Shown piece by piece: positions 1 to 9,295 of a DNA stretch of 64,000 bases (within the stretch, counting starts at the first letter, position 1; each line of letters opens with the position of its first letter). The stretch is taken from NCBI GenBank assembly GCA_963761195.1, contig CAVXGA010000014.1, positions 69,058 to 133,057 on the forward strand, written 5' to 3'. The DNA is from an uncultured Bacteroidales bacterium. GTDB taxonomy: Bacteria; Bacteroidota; Bacteroidia; Bacteroidales; JAADJA01. The position numbers were made by a program, and so were the translations under genes. The notes beneath the pieces are model-generated. The model did not search any database. It was not told the origin of the DNA and was given only the letters and a program-made list of their open reading frames with translations.

Positions 1-2
1 AT

Positions 3-1751
3 GGAATTTATAACCGGTACATCGGCCGTTTCGACAGTACAATCAGTTTCATCGACACGACAACCCATTACCGGTATTATACAAATTCGTTTGCCGTCAC
101 AAATTACTCAAGAAGTATCCTCGATCAGGATATTTCCCCCGGTATCAATAAGGTTGCTCAGGTGCTTTACAAAGACCGGAAATACTATATGCAAATCAAC
201 GATCAGCCTTCGGCTCAATCACTTACTCCTGTAAAGCTTGAAAATACACCTTTCATGGATAAGCTAATCAATTTATATGGAAAGGCAAAAGCAGAAGGTA
301 CAACTCCCGAACAAAATAATGGAAAAGTCCAGCCGAAAAAGTCACACGGGTTTTCTTCTGTTCATGAAAGTGATGCCCTGCGTGAAATTCAACAAATCAT
401 AAAACAAGACACCTTAAACAGCGATAAAAAGTTCGATATTTCGAATTATCAATTCGATTTAAAGAATTTTAAAACCAAGGATGGAAAGAACTGGGATTTT
501 ACAGATATAAATGTTCCGCTTCCTGGCCAGAAGAAAGCAGAAAGTGAACCGAAAAGGATCAATTACAACGTAGAATATTTTATCAACCAGATTGTAACAC
601 AGGTCGATTTTTCCTATCTCAACCAGATGTATCAGCCGTTTACAGGAGGAACATCACCTATTTTTCTCAATCCGGGATTCAATGTATTACTAAAAATAGG
701 GCTGACTGATTTATTAGAGGATTACCGGATCGTAGGAGGTGTTAGGCTGAATCTTAATCTTGCAAACAATGAATATCTGCTTAGTTTTGCTAACCTGAAA
801 AAGCGGCTTGATAAAGAAATCGTTTTTCACCGTAATGTGATTGAAAACTATAGCAATTATAACTCCATTGTAAGGGTTTATACACACGAACTCTATTATA
901 TACTAAGATGGCCGTTCAGTCCTGTCCTCGCTGTTCAGGGAACGGCTCTTTACAGAAACGATTTGTCAGTGTATATGTCAACGGATGTCGTAAACCTGTC
1001 AAAGCCTAATCAGTATCAACATCTTGGTGGTGTAAAGGGAGAGTTGATTTATGACGATACAAAATCGCTTGGATTAAATCTTTACCAGGGTACCCGGTTT
1101 AAGTTTTTCGGGGAATATTATTATTTTTTGGGAACCTACGGCCAAAGTCTGAAAGTAATTGGATTTGACATTCGGAATTACCAGAAGCTTCACCGCACAC
1201 TCATCTGGGCTAACCGTTTTGCCGCCAGCTCTTCGTTCGGGAAAAACAAGCTCATTTACTATATGGGAGGGGTTGATAACTGGCTGTTTCCCAAATTCGA
1301 TGTCTTTACACCGGTTGATTTTAGTCAGAATTATTCCTTTCAAACCTTGGCAACAAATATGAGGGGCTTCAATCAGAATATCCGCAATGGTAATAGTTTT
1401 GCCGTTATCAATAGTGAAGTCCGCTTTCCTGTGTTCAGGTATTTTGCGAACCGGCCGATTAAGTCCGATTTTCTGAATAATTTTCAGTTAGTCGGTTTTG
1501 GCGATGTAGGAACTGCCTGGACAGGATTGCAACCTTATTCAGATAACAACTTTTTGTACACAAATACAATTGATCAGCCTCCTTTACATATCACAGTCAA
1601 AGTACAAAAAGATCCGATTGTTGGGGGATTTGGGTTTGGTGCCCGCACGCGCTTGCTTGGTTATTTTCTGAGGGGCGACCTCGCCTGGGGCGTTGAAGAC
1701 AGAAAGATCCAGCCATCTGTTTTTTATTTTAGTTTGAGCCTTGACTTTTAA
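3..1751 (+). CDS. Omp85/BamA-family outer-membrane beta-barrel protein, 5'-truncated by the window edge
   Basis: Frame 3 is open from nt 3, with no stop before the GTG at 162 used by the ORF track, so the gene probably begins upstream of the window. The C-terminal part has Omp85-type motifs (FGDVGTAW, GFGFGARTRLLGYFLRGDLAWG). It ends in ...LSLDF, an aromatic last residue typical of beta-barrel OMPs. Confidence 0.55.
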   Translation, partial: GIYNRYIGRFDSTISFIDTTTHYRYYTNSFAVTNYSRSILDQDISPGINKVAQVLYKDRKYYMQINDQPSAQSLTPVKLENTPFMDKLINLYGKAKAEGTTPEQNNGKVQPKKSHGFSSVHESDALREIQQIIKQDTLNSDKKFDISNYQFDLKNFKTKDGKNWDFTDINVPLPGQKKAESEPKRINYNVEYFINQIVTQVDFSYLNQMYQPFTGGTSPIFLNPGFNVLLKIGLTDLLEDYRIVGGVRLNLNLANNEYLLSFANLKKRLDKEIVFHRNVIENYSNYNSIVRVYTHELYYILRWPFSPVLAVQGTALYRNDLSVYMSTDVVNLSKPNQYQHLGGVKGELIYDDTKSLGLNLYQGTRFKFFGEYYYFLGTYGQSLKVIGFDIRNYQKLHRTLIWANRFAASSSFGKNKLIYYMGGVDNWLFPKFDVFTPVDFSQNYSFQTLATNMRGFNQNIRNGNSFAVINSEVRFPVFRYFANRPIKSDFLNNFQLVGFGDVGTAWTGLQPYSDNNFLYTNTIDQPPLHITVKVQKDPIVGGFGFGARTRLLGYFLRGDLAWGVEDRKIQPSVFYFSLSLDF

Positions 1752-1788
1752 TTAATACGATTTTTTTATTTTAAAACGAATTATTTAC

Positions 1789-2238
1789 ATGACACAGATC
1801 CGGGTTACTAAAGAATTTACATTTGAAATGGCGCATGCCTTATTGGGTTATGATGGCTCATGTAAGTATATTCATGGACATTCGTATGGATTATCTGTTA
1901 CCGTTATTGGCAAACCTGTCAATGACGATAGCAATCCAAAAAACGGAATGGTAATCGATTTTGGGGATCTTAAGTATATTGTTAAAACCTCGGTGATTGA
2001 TGAATTTGATCATGGATTGGTGCTAAACAATAAGACACCGCTTACGCATTTTTCGCAAAACAGAGATTTATTTGATAAACTTATTCTTGTTGATTATCAG
2101 CCCACGAGTGAAAACCTCGTTGCCGATTTTGCTGAACGGCTTCGTAAACACCTTCCTGAAAATATACGCTTATATAGCCTGCGCCTAAGGGAAACGGCTA
2201 CTTCCTACGCCGATTGGTTCGCTTCCGACAATGGATGA
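1789..2238 (+). CDS. queD: 6-carboxy-5,6,7,8-tetrahydropterin synthase (QueD / 6-pyruvoyl-tetrahydropterin synthase family)
   Basis: 149 aa. FTFEMAHAL and CKYIHGHSY (Cys plus His-x-His zinc/catalytic motif) are typical of QueD/PTPS. Confidence 0.85.
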   Translation: MTQIRVTKEFTFEMAHALLGYDGSCKYIHGHSYGLSVTVIGKPVNDDSNPKNGMVIDFGDLKYIVKTSVIDEFDHGLVLNNKTPLTHFSQNRDLFDKLILVDYQPTSENLVADFAERLRKHLPENIRLYSLRLRETATSYADWFASDNG

Positions 2239-2246
2239 TTGGATGA

Positions 2247-2426
2247 TTAATTAAAAACGTCGAAAATCACATCCCCATACATATTACCGTAATTCATAAT
2301 ACACCAGGTTCTGAGTATTTTGACTTCTTCATTTTTTAACCATTTCAATGATTTCCTCAACTCTTTATTGAATAACTCTTTATTAAAGCTAACTTTCTGT
2401 AAAACAATTTCCGTGTACTTCAGCAT
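2247..2426 (-). CDS. small hypothetical protein (59 aa), below the ORF-track cutoff
   Basis: I translated this by hand: MLKYTEIVLQKVSFNKELFNKELRKSLKWLKNEEVKILRTWCIMNYGNMYGDVIFDVFN. It has an ATG start and TAA stop, is convergent with queD (8 nt apart), and fills part of an otherwise empty 680-bp gap. It resembles small helical proteins I recall from Bacteroidota, but this is unverified. Confidence 0.4.
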   Translation of the reverse strand: MLKYTEIVLQKVSFNKELFNKELRKSLKWLKNEEVKILRTWCIMNYGNMYGDVIFDVFN

Positions 2427-2886
2427 GACATCAGGTTTTTAATTTTAAAAATTAAGTTTGCTTCAATCAATATTTTCTTAATAAACTGATTTTGTTTAGG
2501 ACTGATGGACAACCACTAACTATATGCCGCTTTCATATATTGCTGTTTATCCGATGCTTATACTAAATATCCTATTCTGCAAAATCCCTATTTAGGATAA
2601 TTTTTACAATTTTAATACATACCGTTTGCATGTATAAACCATTTCAAAATCAATATTCGTATGAACGATTGAAAAATGAATATCTTGCAATACCATACAG
2701 TAGTTTTTGAATATTTAACATTTTTTTAGATTTCAGGATTGATTATATAATTGTGAGAAAAAGCAAATCATTGGGGCAGGCGTTGGGGACGATTACCCTG
2801 TTGGCTTAAAAATGACTTGTAATTGCAGTGATAATCAATCCAAAAAATTTATAATGAATTCTATGAGTAGTACAAAATAAAACCTT

Positions 2887-2894
2887 TAAATTTG
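2887..2894 (+). promoter_or_regulatory. candidate Bacteroidota -7 promoter box (TAnnTTTG) for korA
   Basis: TAAATTTG lies 22 nt upstream of the korA ATG. No clear -33 TTTG is visible. Confidence 0.35.
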
Positions 2895-2916
2895 CCCCGA
2901 TTTTAAATTCTTTATA

Positions 2917-4770
2917 ATGAATATTAAACGACAAAAGGTCGTAGAATTAGAGACTGTAGTTGTGCGATTTGCGGGAGATTCGGGAGACGGGATGCAGCTT
3001 ACCGGTGCACTTTTTTCTGATGCAGCGGCTATTGCCGGAAATGATTTTGCTACCTTCCCTGATTATCCGGCAGAAATCAGGGCTCCACAAGGTACAATTG
3101 CAGGTGTTTCCGGGTTCCAGATTCATTTCGGTCATAAAAGCATTTACACATCTGGTGATTTGGCTGATGTATTAATTGCAATGAATCCGGCTCCCTTAAA
3201 AAAGAACCTGTTATGGGTAAAAAAGGGTGGAACGATCATAGTAGATACGGATACTTTTAACGATAAATCACTTGAGAAAGCTGGCTACCAAAACAACCCG
3301 CTTGATGATGATTCGCTGAAAGCCTACAATGTTATCAAAGCTCCGATAAGTGAATTGACAAAAAAAAGTGTAGAAGACCTGGGATTGGATAATAAAATGG
3401 TGCTGAAAAGCCGTAATATGTTTGCTCTGGGCATCATGTTCTTTATTTTCAACCGTGATTTTGCTTCTGCTGATGAATATTTTGAGCAAAAGTTTAAAGC
3501 AAACCCATTGATTGTTCAGTCGAATAAGATCATTCTCAGAGCCGGTTACAATTTTGCGGATACCATGGAAGCATTAAGTTCCATAACATACAAAGTTGGA
3601 CCTGCACCGCTCGAAAAAGGGATTTACAGAAACATTACAGGTAATATAGGAACAGCCTGGGGACTTTTAGCTGCATCTGAAAAATCGGGCAGAAAATTGT
3701 TCCTTGGTTCATACCCGATAACCCCGGCTACTGAAATTTTACAGGAGCTTTCAAAACATAAATCTTTGGGGGCAAAGGTACTTCAGGCAGAAGATGAAAT
3801 CGCAGGGATTGTTTCCTCCATAGGGGCTAGTTTTGCCGGTGCATTTGCGGTGACGAGCACATCGGGTCCGGGATTGTCACTTAAATCGGAAGCCATTGGA
3901 TTAGCTGTTATGACGGAATTACCGATCGTAATTGTTGATGTTCAGCGTGCCGGGCCATCAACGGGTATGCCTACAAAATCAGAACAATCCGACCTTCTCC
4001 AGGCTCTTTTCGGAAGAAACGGAGAGGCACCTGTTGTAGTGATTGCCGCATCATCTTCCTCAAATTGTTTTTATTATGCTTACGAAGCTGCTAAAATTGC
4101 TATGGAACATATGACGCCGGTAATTTTACTTACCGATGGCTACCTGGCAAACGGTTCGGAAGTTTTTAAAATTCCAAGAATGGCTGATCTTGCGTCAATC
4201 AATCCGCCCATTGTTGCTGCAGATGATCCGGACTACTTTCCGTACAAAAGAGATCCGGAACGATTAAACAGAAGGTGGGCGATTCCGGGAACACACGGAT
4301 TGCGTCACCGTATAGGCGGACTGGAAAAAGAGAATATAAAAGGAAATGTGTCGCACGATCCCGACAATCATCAACTCATGAGCGAATACAGGGCTGAGAA
4401 AGTAGCCCGTGTGGCAAATTACATCAAACCCCAGGAAGTTTTGGGACCACCCTCCGGTGACCTGCTTGTAGTCAGCTGGGGAGGAACCCATGGAAACATG
4501 ATCGAGGCTGTTCAGGAGATGCTGCAACAGGGGAAAAAAATAAGTCTTGCGCACTTTCACAATATTCAACCTTTACCCAAGAACACCGCAGAAATCTTCA
4601 GCCGGTTTAAAAAAATTGTTGTTCCTGAATTAAACCTCGGACAGTTTGTACTTTACTTACGGATGAATTTCCAGCAATTCAAATTTGAACAATACAATAA
4701 AATTCAGGGTCTCCCATTTATGGTAAAAGAATTGGTAGATTATTTCAACCAATTATTAGAGGAAAAATAA
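2917..4770 (+). CDS. korA: 2-oxoglutarate/2-oxoacid:ferredoxin oxidoreductase subunit alpha
   Basis: 617 aa with N-terminal VVRFAGDSGDGMQLTG and central SYPITPATEIL, as in KorA-type OFOR alpha subunits. The beta subunit follows immediately. Confidence 0.9.
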   Translation: MNIKRQKVVELETVVVRFAGDSGDGMQLTGALFSDAAAIAGNDFATFPDYPAEIRAPQGTIAGVSGFQIHFGHKSIYTSGDLADVLIAMNPAPLKKNLLWVKKGGTIIVDTDTFNDKSLEKAGYQNNPLDDDSLKAYNVIKAPISELTKKSVEDLGLDNKMVLKSRNMFALGIMFFIFNRDFASADEYFEQKFKANPLIVQSNKIILRAGYNFADTMEALSSITYKVGPAPLEKGIYRNITGNIGTAWGLLAASEKSGRKLFLGSYPITPATEILQELSKHKSLGAKVLQAEDEIAGIVSSIGASFAGAFAVTSTSGPGLSLKSEAIGLAVMTELPIVIVDVQRAGPSTGMPTKSEQSDLLQALFGRNGEAPVVVIAASSSSNCFYYAYEAAKIAMEHMTPVILLTDGYLANGSEVFKIPRMADLASINPPIVAADDPDYFPYKRDPERLNRRWAIPGTHGLRHRIGGLEKENIKGNVSHDPDNHQLMSEYRAEKVARVANYIKPQEVLGPPSGDLLVVSWGGTHGNMIEAVQEMLQQGKKISLAHFHNIQPLPKNTAEIFSRFKKIVVPELNLGQFVLYLRMNFQQFKFEQYNKIQGLPFMVKELVDYFNQLLEEK

Positions 4771-4772
4771 TC

Positions 4773-5798
4773 ATGGCAATTGAAACAATAGAAAATTCTG
4801 TTCTTACAAAAGAAGACTTTGTAAGTGATCAAATGGTAAAGTGGTGCCCGGGTTGCGGCGACCACGCCATTCTTTCTTCCTTTCTCAAAGTACTTCCTGA
4901 ACTTGGAATAAAAAAAGAAAAAATCGTTGTTGTCTCCGGAATCGGTTGTTCATCACGGTTCCCCTATTATGTAAAAACATACGGATTTCATGGCATCCAC
5001 GGGAGAGCTGCACCGCTTGCCACCGGGATAAAAATCACAAATCCTGAACTGAATGTATGGATGATAACCGGTGACGGTGATTCTCTTGCAATTGGAGGAA
5101 ATCACTTTATTCATGTCCTCAGGAGAAATATTGATATCAATATTATGCTCTTTAATAATAAGATCTACGGATTGACCAAAGGACAATATTCACCTACAAC
5201 GCCTGCAGGGAAAAAGACGAAAACTTCCCCGCAGGGAACAATTGAACATCCTTTTAATGTAGGAGAACTTGCAATAGGCGCACAGGGTACCTTTTTTGCT
5301 CGAACTGTAGATAACAATCCGAAAATGATGACGGAAGTGATGCTTGAAGCTGCAAAACACAAAGGAACTTCTCTTATCGAAATCCTTCAGAATTGTGTAA
5401 TCTTTTTTAATAATGTTCATGCTGAAATTGCTTCACGCGAAACCAAGGATGAAAACCAGATTCATCTGAAACACGGAGAACCTATGATTTTCGGTAAGGA
5501 AAATGATAAAGGCATCGTATTAAAAGGAACTCGTCTTGAAGTAGTAAAACTTGGAGAAAACGGAATTAAAGAGAAAGATCTTTTGGTGCATGACAAATAT
5601 GAACGGGATACGGGAATTCATGTGATGTTATCAAAAATGGCACCTCCTGTTTTTCCTATAGCCGTTGGAGTAATCAGATCAGTAACGGATTTTACTTTTG
5701 AATCGAGGATGGAGGAAATTATCGAATCGGAAAAAGAATCAAGTCCCATAAAATGTGTTGACGATTTACTGAAGAGTGGGAAGACATGGGAGATCTGA
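4773..5798 (+). CDS. korB: 2-oxoglutarate/2-oxoacid:ferredoxin oxidoreductase subunit beta (TPP-binding)
   Basis: 341 aa. It has the WCPGCGDH cysteine motif and the TPP-binding GDGDSLAIGGNHFIH. It starts 3 nt after the korA stop. Confidence 0.9.
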   Translation: MAIETIENSVLTKEDFVSDQMVKWCPGCGDHAILSSFLKVLPELGIKKEKIVVVSGIGCSSRFPYYVKTYGFHGIHGRAAPLATGIKITNPELNVWMITGDGDSLAIGGNHFIHVLRRNIDINIMLFNNKIYGLTKGQYSPTTPAGKKTKTSPQGTIEHPFNVGELAIGAQGTFFARTVDNNPKMMTEVMLEAAKHKGTSLIEILQNCVIFFNNVHAEIASRETKDENQIHLKHGEPMIFGKENDKGIVLKGTRLEVVKLGENGIKEKDLLVHDKYERDTGIHVMLSKMAPPVFPIAVGVIRSVTDFTFESRMEEIIESEKESSPIKCVDDLLKSGKTWEI

Positions 5799-5826
5799 CC
5801 TGCTGCAGATAAACTTTTTTATAATG

Positions 5827-5855
5827 AAAGCCCGATAAAATCGGGCTTTTTTTTT
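5827..5855 (+). terminator. rho-independent terminator after korB
   Basis: aaagcccga / tcgggcttt stem with a 5-nt loop, followed by a T-run (tttttttt). Confidence 0.6.
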
Positions 5856-5899
5856 CCAATTCCCTCTATAATAATTAGCAATATCCATTCTGGGTATTG

Positions 5900-6172
5900 C
5901 TATCTCAGAAGAACAGTATATTTCGGATTACGTAAAATAAATGTTCGTACTGCAGAACACACCGCTATCACCTTCAGATTTTTTGAAACTGCAAAATCCA
6001 ACCCTTCCCTGATTACTTCCATTGCAAAGCCTCTTCCCCGAACAGGTTCAGGAACATAAGTATGGTAAAAAATAATGGTATCGTCATCGTGCATCTCGTA
6101 TTCAAGACAACATTCGGAATCTCCGACTATTTTATAGAATTTATTGGGTTCATGTACAATATCCGAATTCAT
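5900..6172 (-). CDS. small GNAT-family N-acetyltransferase (YjdJ-like)
   Basis: 90 aa. HTYVPEPVRGRGFAMEVIREGLDFAVSKNLKVIAVCSAVRTFILRNP matches the single-domain GNAT (Acetyltransf_CG-like) pattern. Confidence 0.7.
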   Translation of the reverse strand: MNSDIVHEPNKFYKIVGDSECCLEYEMHDDDTIIFYHTYVPEPVRGRGFAMEVIREGLDFAVSKNLKVIAVCSAVRTFILRNPKYTVLLR

Positions 6173-6318
6173 AAAAATGATTATTTCTGGTTTTAACTTA
6201 CTTCACGTAAATAAGTTACAGTTTAAAGGCATTAAAATTGCACAAAAAGAGAAAAATGGTTTGGTGGGAAAATTTGTAAGTAAATTCCCTGGATATAAAA
6301 TTCAGGATTAAAACAGGG

Positions 6319-6945
6319 TTAGGGAATCGTAAAATTAAAATTATTTTTTAATTCATCTTTGGTATACTCTTCTGTTACCAGCTTTTTCATGTAAACATCA
6401 TTAAGCGGGCGATTATTTGAATCAACCGCAACTTTTGAAATGGCATAAACGGCATCCATCCCCTGAAACACGATACCGAACACAGTGTACTTTCCGTCAA
6501 GCAGCGGTTCTCCATCCGGATCGCAAACAATGTAATACTGGGAACCATTCGATCGCCTTTCAGGATTTACATTATCAGCCAGCCGTGCTGCGCCTACCGA
6601 ACCATAAACATGGTGCATGGTATCGATGATCTCGGCCTGTATAGTATAACCGGGTCCGCCATATCCGGTTCCTTCGGGATCTCCGCCTTGTATCACAAAA
6701 TCATCGACAACTCTGTGAAATAACAGGCTGTCATAAAAACCGGTCGTCACAAGATGCAGAAAATTGTCACGGTGAAGAGGCGTAACATCATAAAGCCATA
6801 TCCGAAAGTCGCCAAAGGCAGTCTGTACTTTTACTACCGAATATTTTACAGGAGTGACAGGTTCCTGCTCGTCTTTTTTCTTACACGCAGTGATCACCAG
6901 GATTAAAACAGTGAAAAACAGGATACTATTTCGAACTAATTTCAT
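6319..6945 (-). CDS. cyclophilin-type peptidyl-prolyl cis-trans isomerase, lipoprotein
   Basis: Lipoprotein signal ...LILVITAC. Cyclophilin core FHRVVDDFVIQGGDP and GSQYYI. Confidence 0.9.
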   Translation of the reverse strand: MKLVRNSILFFTVLILVITACKKKDEQEPVTPVKYSVVKVQTAFGDFRIWLYDVTPLHRDNFLHLVTTGFYDSLLFHRVVDDFVIQGGDPEGTGYGGPGYTIQAEIIDTMHHVYGSVGAARLADNVNPERRSNGSQYYIVCDPDGEPLLDGKYTVFGIVFQGMDAVYAISKVAVDSNNRPLNDVYMKKLVTEEYTKDELKNNFNFTIP

Positions 6946-6957
6946 GAGATAAAAAAC

Positions 6958-8386
6958 TTAAACATTTCTTTTTAAAAATCCAGTGGTAAAGTTAAACCAA
7001 TTTTGTGGTTCGTCCTTCAGCATCTTAAACATGAGTGTAGTAAAAAACCAGGGATATGCCCTGAACAATCTGAATATCGCTCCCGACTCGACAGGAAAAC
7101 GGGCATCGAGTTTATTCCTGATCTTATAAAGTTCCTCAGCACTTAAATGGTTCGTTTTTACATTGGAAGCATAGTGATTGTATTTTGTATAGTCTGTTAA
7201 ATTGGTGACAAGGCCTTTTTCAATAAGCTCGTCCCTGAGTTCTGTTCGTAAATGTGGTGTAAGGATATTAAAGAGCTGGATATCTACCCCGATATTCTTT
7301 GCATAGTTGAAATTATTCTTCATCGTTTCCTTTGTATCTTCGGGATATCCAAAGATGAATCCGCCGACCACAAGCATTCCGTACTTTTTTAACTCTTTTA
7401 CAACTTCGATGGTATCGGAGCTTTTCAGCTGATTGCTCTTCTGCATGAACGACAGTGCATCATCCGAAGCATTTTCGATGCCGAGGAATACGAATTTTGT
7501 CCCCGCTTTAGCCATCGCTTCAGCCAATCCGGGGGTTTTACGGATGCCCTGCACGCTGGCCTGAACCGCAAATGTAAGGTTGAGTTTCGCCTTTCGCGAT
7601 TTCCTCGCAAAGCTTCAGGTAACGTTTGCCATCAAGGGTGATGTTGTCGTCAGCAATGAAAACGGCTTTTGCACCATGCCGTTTTGCATCCTCAAGATCG
7701 AGCAGGATACGTTCGATGGAAAATTTACGAAACGATTTGCCGTACATGTAGCGGATGCTGCAGAAATTACAGTCGAATACACAACCGCGCGAAGTTTCAA
7801 TAACATCCGACGGCATGCCCATCATGTGAAATCCTTTTTTATAAATGCGGGCATTCCTGAGAGGGATGTTGATCTTATCGACAGGCAACAGGTCAGGCCT
7901 CGGATTGTGTACGATGCTTCCATTTTTTCTGAAGGTTATTCCCGGAATTTCGCTGTGATCATGCCCTTTGCTTAGTTTCTTTACCAGTTCGCTGAACGGC
8001 ACCTCGCCTTCACCATCGATCAGGATATCGAAATATTCATGGTCCGGGCTTAGCAGAATGTTTTCATGATCGGCTGTTGCATGATAACCACCTAAAAGCG
8101 TGACCGCATTTTTTAAATGTGTTTTTGTCAGCTTTGCCAGTTCGAGGGCAGTTTTATATTGAAAGCTCATGGCTGTAAACCCTACCGCATCCGGTTGAAA
8201 GGATTTGAGGACTTTGAGCAATGCCCCTTTCGGATCTTTATCTTTTACGACCAGGTCGGCAATTTTAATTTCTGCTGAACCTTCATCAGTGTTTGCTGCC
8301 AGTGAAGCCAGGTTAAGGCTGGGTATTTTGGTGAGGCGGTTGAAGCCCATTACCGTTCGCGGATTACCGACAAGGAGTATTTTCAC
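6958..8386 (-). pseudogene. B12-binding domain radical SAM protein, interrupted by a 1-nt frameshift near 7588-7593
   Basis: The N-terminal ORF (7538..8386) has a B12-binding-like domain and CVFDCNFCSI (CxxxCxxC). The reading continues in another frame: ...EEIAK / AKLNLTFAVQASVQGIRKTPGLAEAMAKAG..., which is the ORF 6958..7554. I traced both frames by hand. Confidence 0.8.
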
Positions 8387-8418
8387 TAGCGTTAAAATTT
8401 ATGCAAAATTAGTAAAAG

Positions 8419-8447
8419 TTGGATTGCCTTTGGCTATTGGCGATTGG
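8419..8447. repeat. cluster of four (A/T)TTGG boxes between the HTH gene 3' end and the radical SAM gene start
   Basis: gttggattgcctttggctattggcgattgg. It shares the ATTGG/TTGGAT core with the arrays at 8798-8815 and 8941-9040. Confidence 0.35.
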
Positions 8448-8450
8448 CTT

Positions 8451-8780
8451 TTAGGGAAGACTGGCTTTAAGCAGGCTGTTTATTTCCTGCAGATAAGCTA
8501 TTTCCTTTTGCAGGGATGCGACTTTTACCTTTAACTCCTTATTTTCGTTTGATAGTTTCAGGGAGTTTTCCTCTGAAGTTCCTGTGTTTTGGACAAAATA
8601 AACAAAAAAGTTATGGCTAAGGGCTTTTGATATCTGATCTAAACGGGCGACGGTGAAATTATTCAAGCGTATGGCTTTGTAAAGCACGGGAGGTGTAAGA
8701 TTTAACCGAGAAGCCAGGGAATAAACGGAAATTTTGTTCAGTCTACAGTGTTCTTTGATGATGTCTCCAATGTTTATCAT
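8451..8780 (-). CDS. helix-turn-helix DNA-binding protein with C-terminal coiled coil
   Basis: 109 aa. The N-terminus (CRLNKISVYSLASRLNLTPPVLYKAIRLNN...LDQISKAL) looks like an HTH. The C-terminus (ENKELKVKVASLQKEIAYLQEINSLL) is leucine-zipper-like. Confidence 0.5.
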   Translation of the reverse strand: MINIGDIIKEHCRLNKISVYSLASRLNLTPPVLYKAIRLNNFTVARLDQISKALSHNFFVYFVQNTGTSEENSLKLSNENKELKVKVASLQKEIAYLQEINSLLKASLP

Positions 8781-8797
8781 GATCGTGTTGTTTTAAG

Positions 8798-8815
8798 GGT
8801 TGGATTGATTGGATA
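8798..8815. repeat. TTGGAT-TGATTGGAT boxes immediately upstream of the HTH gene start
   Basis: ggttggattgattggata, 18 nt upstream of the start codon at 8780. Confidence 0.35.
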
Positions 8816-8940
8816 CAAAGTTACTAAATTATTTGAATTATAAAGTGGATAAATATATTTATAATATAGACTAATATTATTGTTAATTTTAATGATATTT
8901 ATTTTATATTTATTTAAATATTTATGAAATGGATCAATAA

Positions 8941-9040
8941 TTATGTATATTGGATTAATATATTTATTGATTGGAAGAATATATTAATTAACTGGAAGGA
9001 TACATTAATTGGTTGAACGGGATTGGTTGAAAGGTTGGTA
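8941..9040. repeat. five degenerate direct repeats with about 20-bp period (AT-rich half plus TTGG-containing half); candidate regulator-binding array
   Basis: Units: ttatgtatat-tggattaata / tatttattga-ttggaagaat / atattaatta-actggaagga / tacattaatt-ggttgaacgg / gattggttga-aaggttggta. The spacing is about two helical turns. The array lies in a 515-bp very AT-rich intergenic region. Confidence 0.5.
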
Positions 9041-9295
9041 TGTATTATCCTAAAAAAACAGGCCAGATTTTTTGGGCTTTGCCCCTTACACCACTTCATT
9101 TTTCTTTTTAATAAGTCCCTCGATAAGCTTGTGAATATCTTGCGCATGAAAGCCACTCAATGATACTGCGGTGTTTCAGGCCGAAGCACGGTAAATGATG
9201 CGCATTTATGAAATAGAGAATTTGACTTACCGATTATTTTATTATCTTAGTGTCCTCAATGTATTTTGTTTGGGAGCAAATAAACTTTTGGAATT

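Noticed and set aside
1-234. 77-aa ORF at the window start (frame 1).
   Set aside because: It overlaps frame 3, which is open from nt 3 and continues into the 529-aa Omp85-like protein. Its sequence is low-complexity with no recognisable motif, so it is most likely spurious.
2427-2916. Possible riboswitch or structured RNA in the long korA upstream region, and likewise in 30336-30660.
   Set aside because: I could not find conserved cores of the riboswitch classes I know (TPP, cobalamin, SAM, FMN, glycine, fluoride) or of SRP, RNase P or tmRNA. Only short AT-rich palindromes are present.
8941-9040. Whether the 20-bp periodic repeats could be a CRISPR array.
   Set aside because: The units are contiguous with no spacers, are degenerate and are far shorter than CRISPR repeat-spacer periods. 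No cas genes are in the window.
8941-9156. 71-aa minus-strand ORF across the AT-rich repeat array.
   Set aside because: It is made largely of the 20-bp repeats read as protein (...INVSFQLINIFFQSINILIQYT), with no start context or motif. The region is better explained as non-coding repeats.
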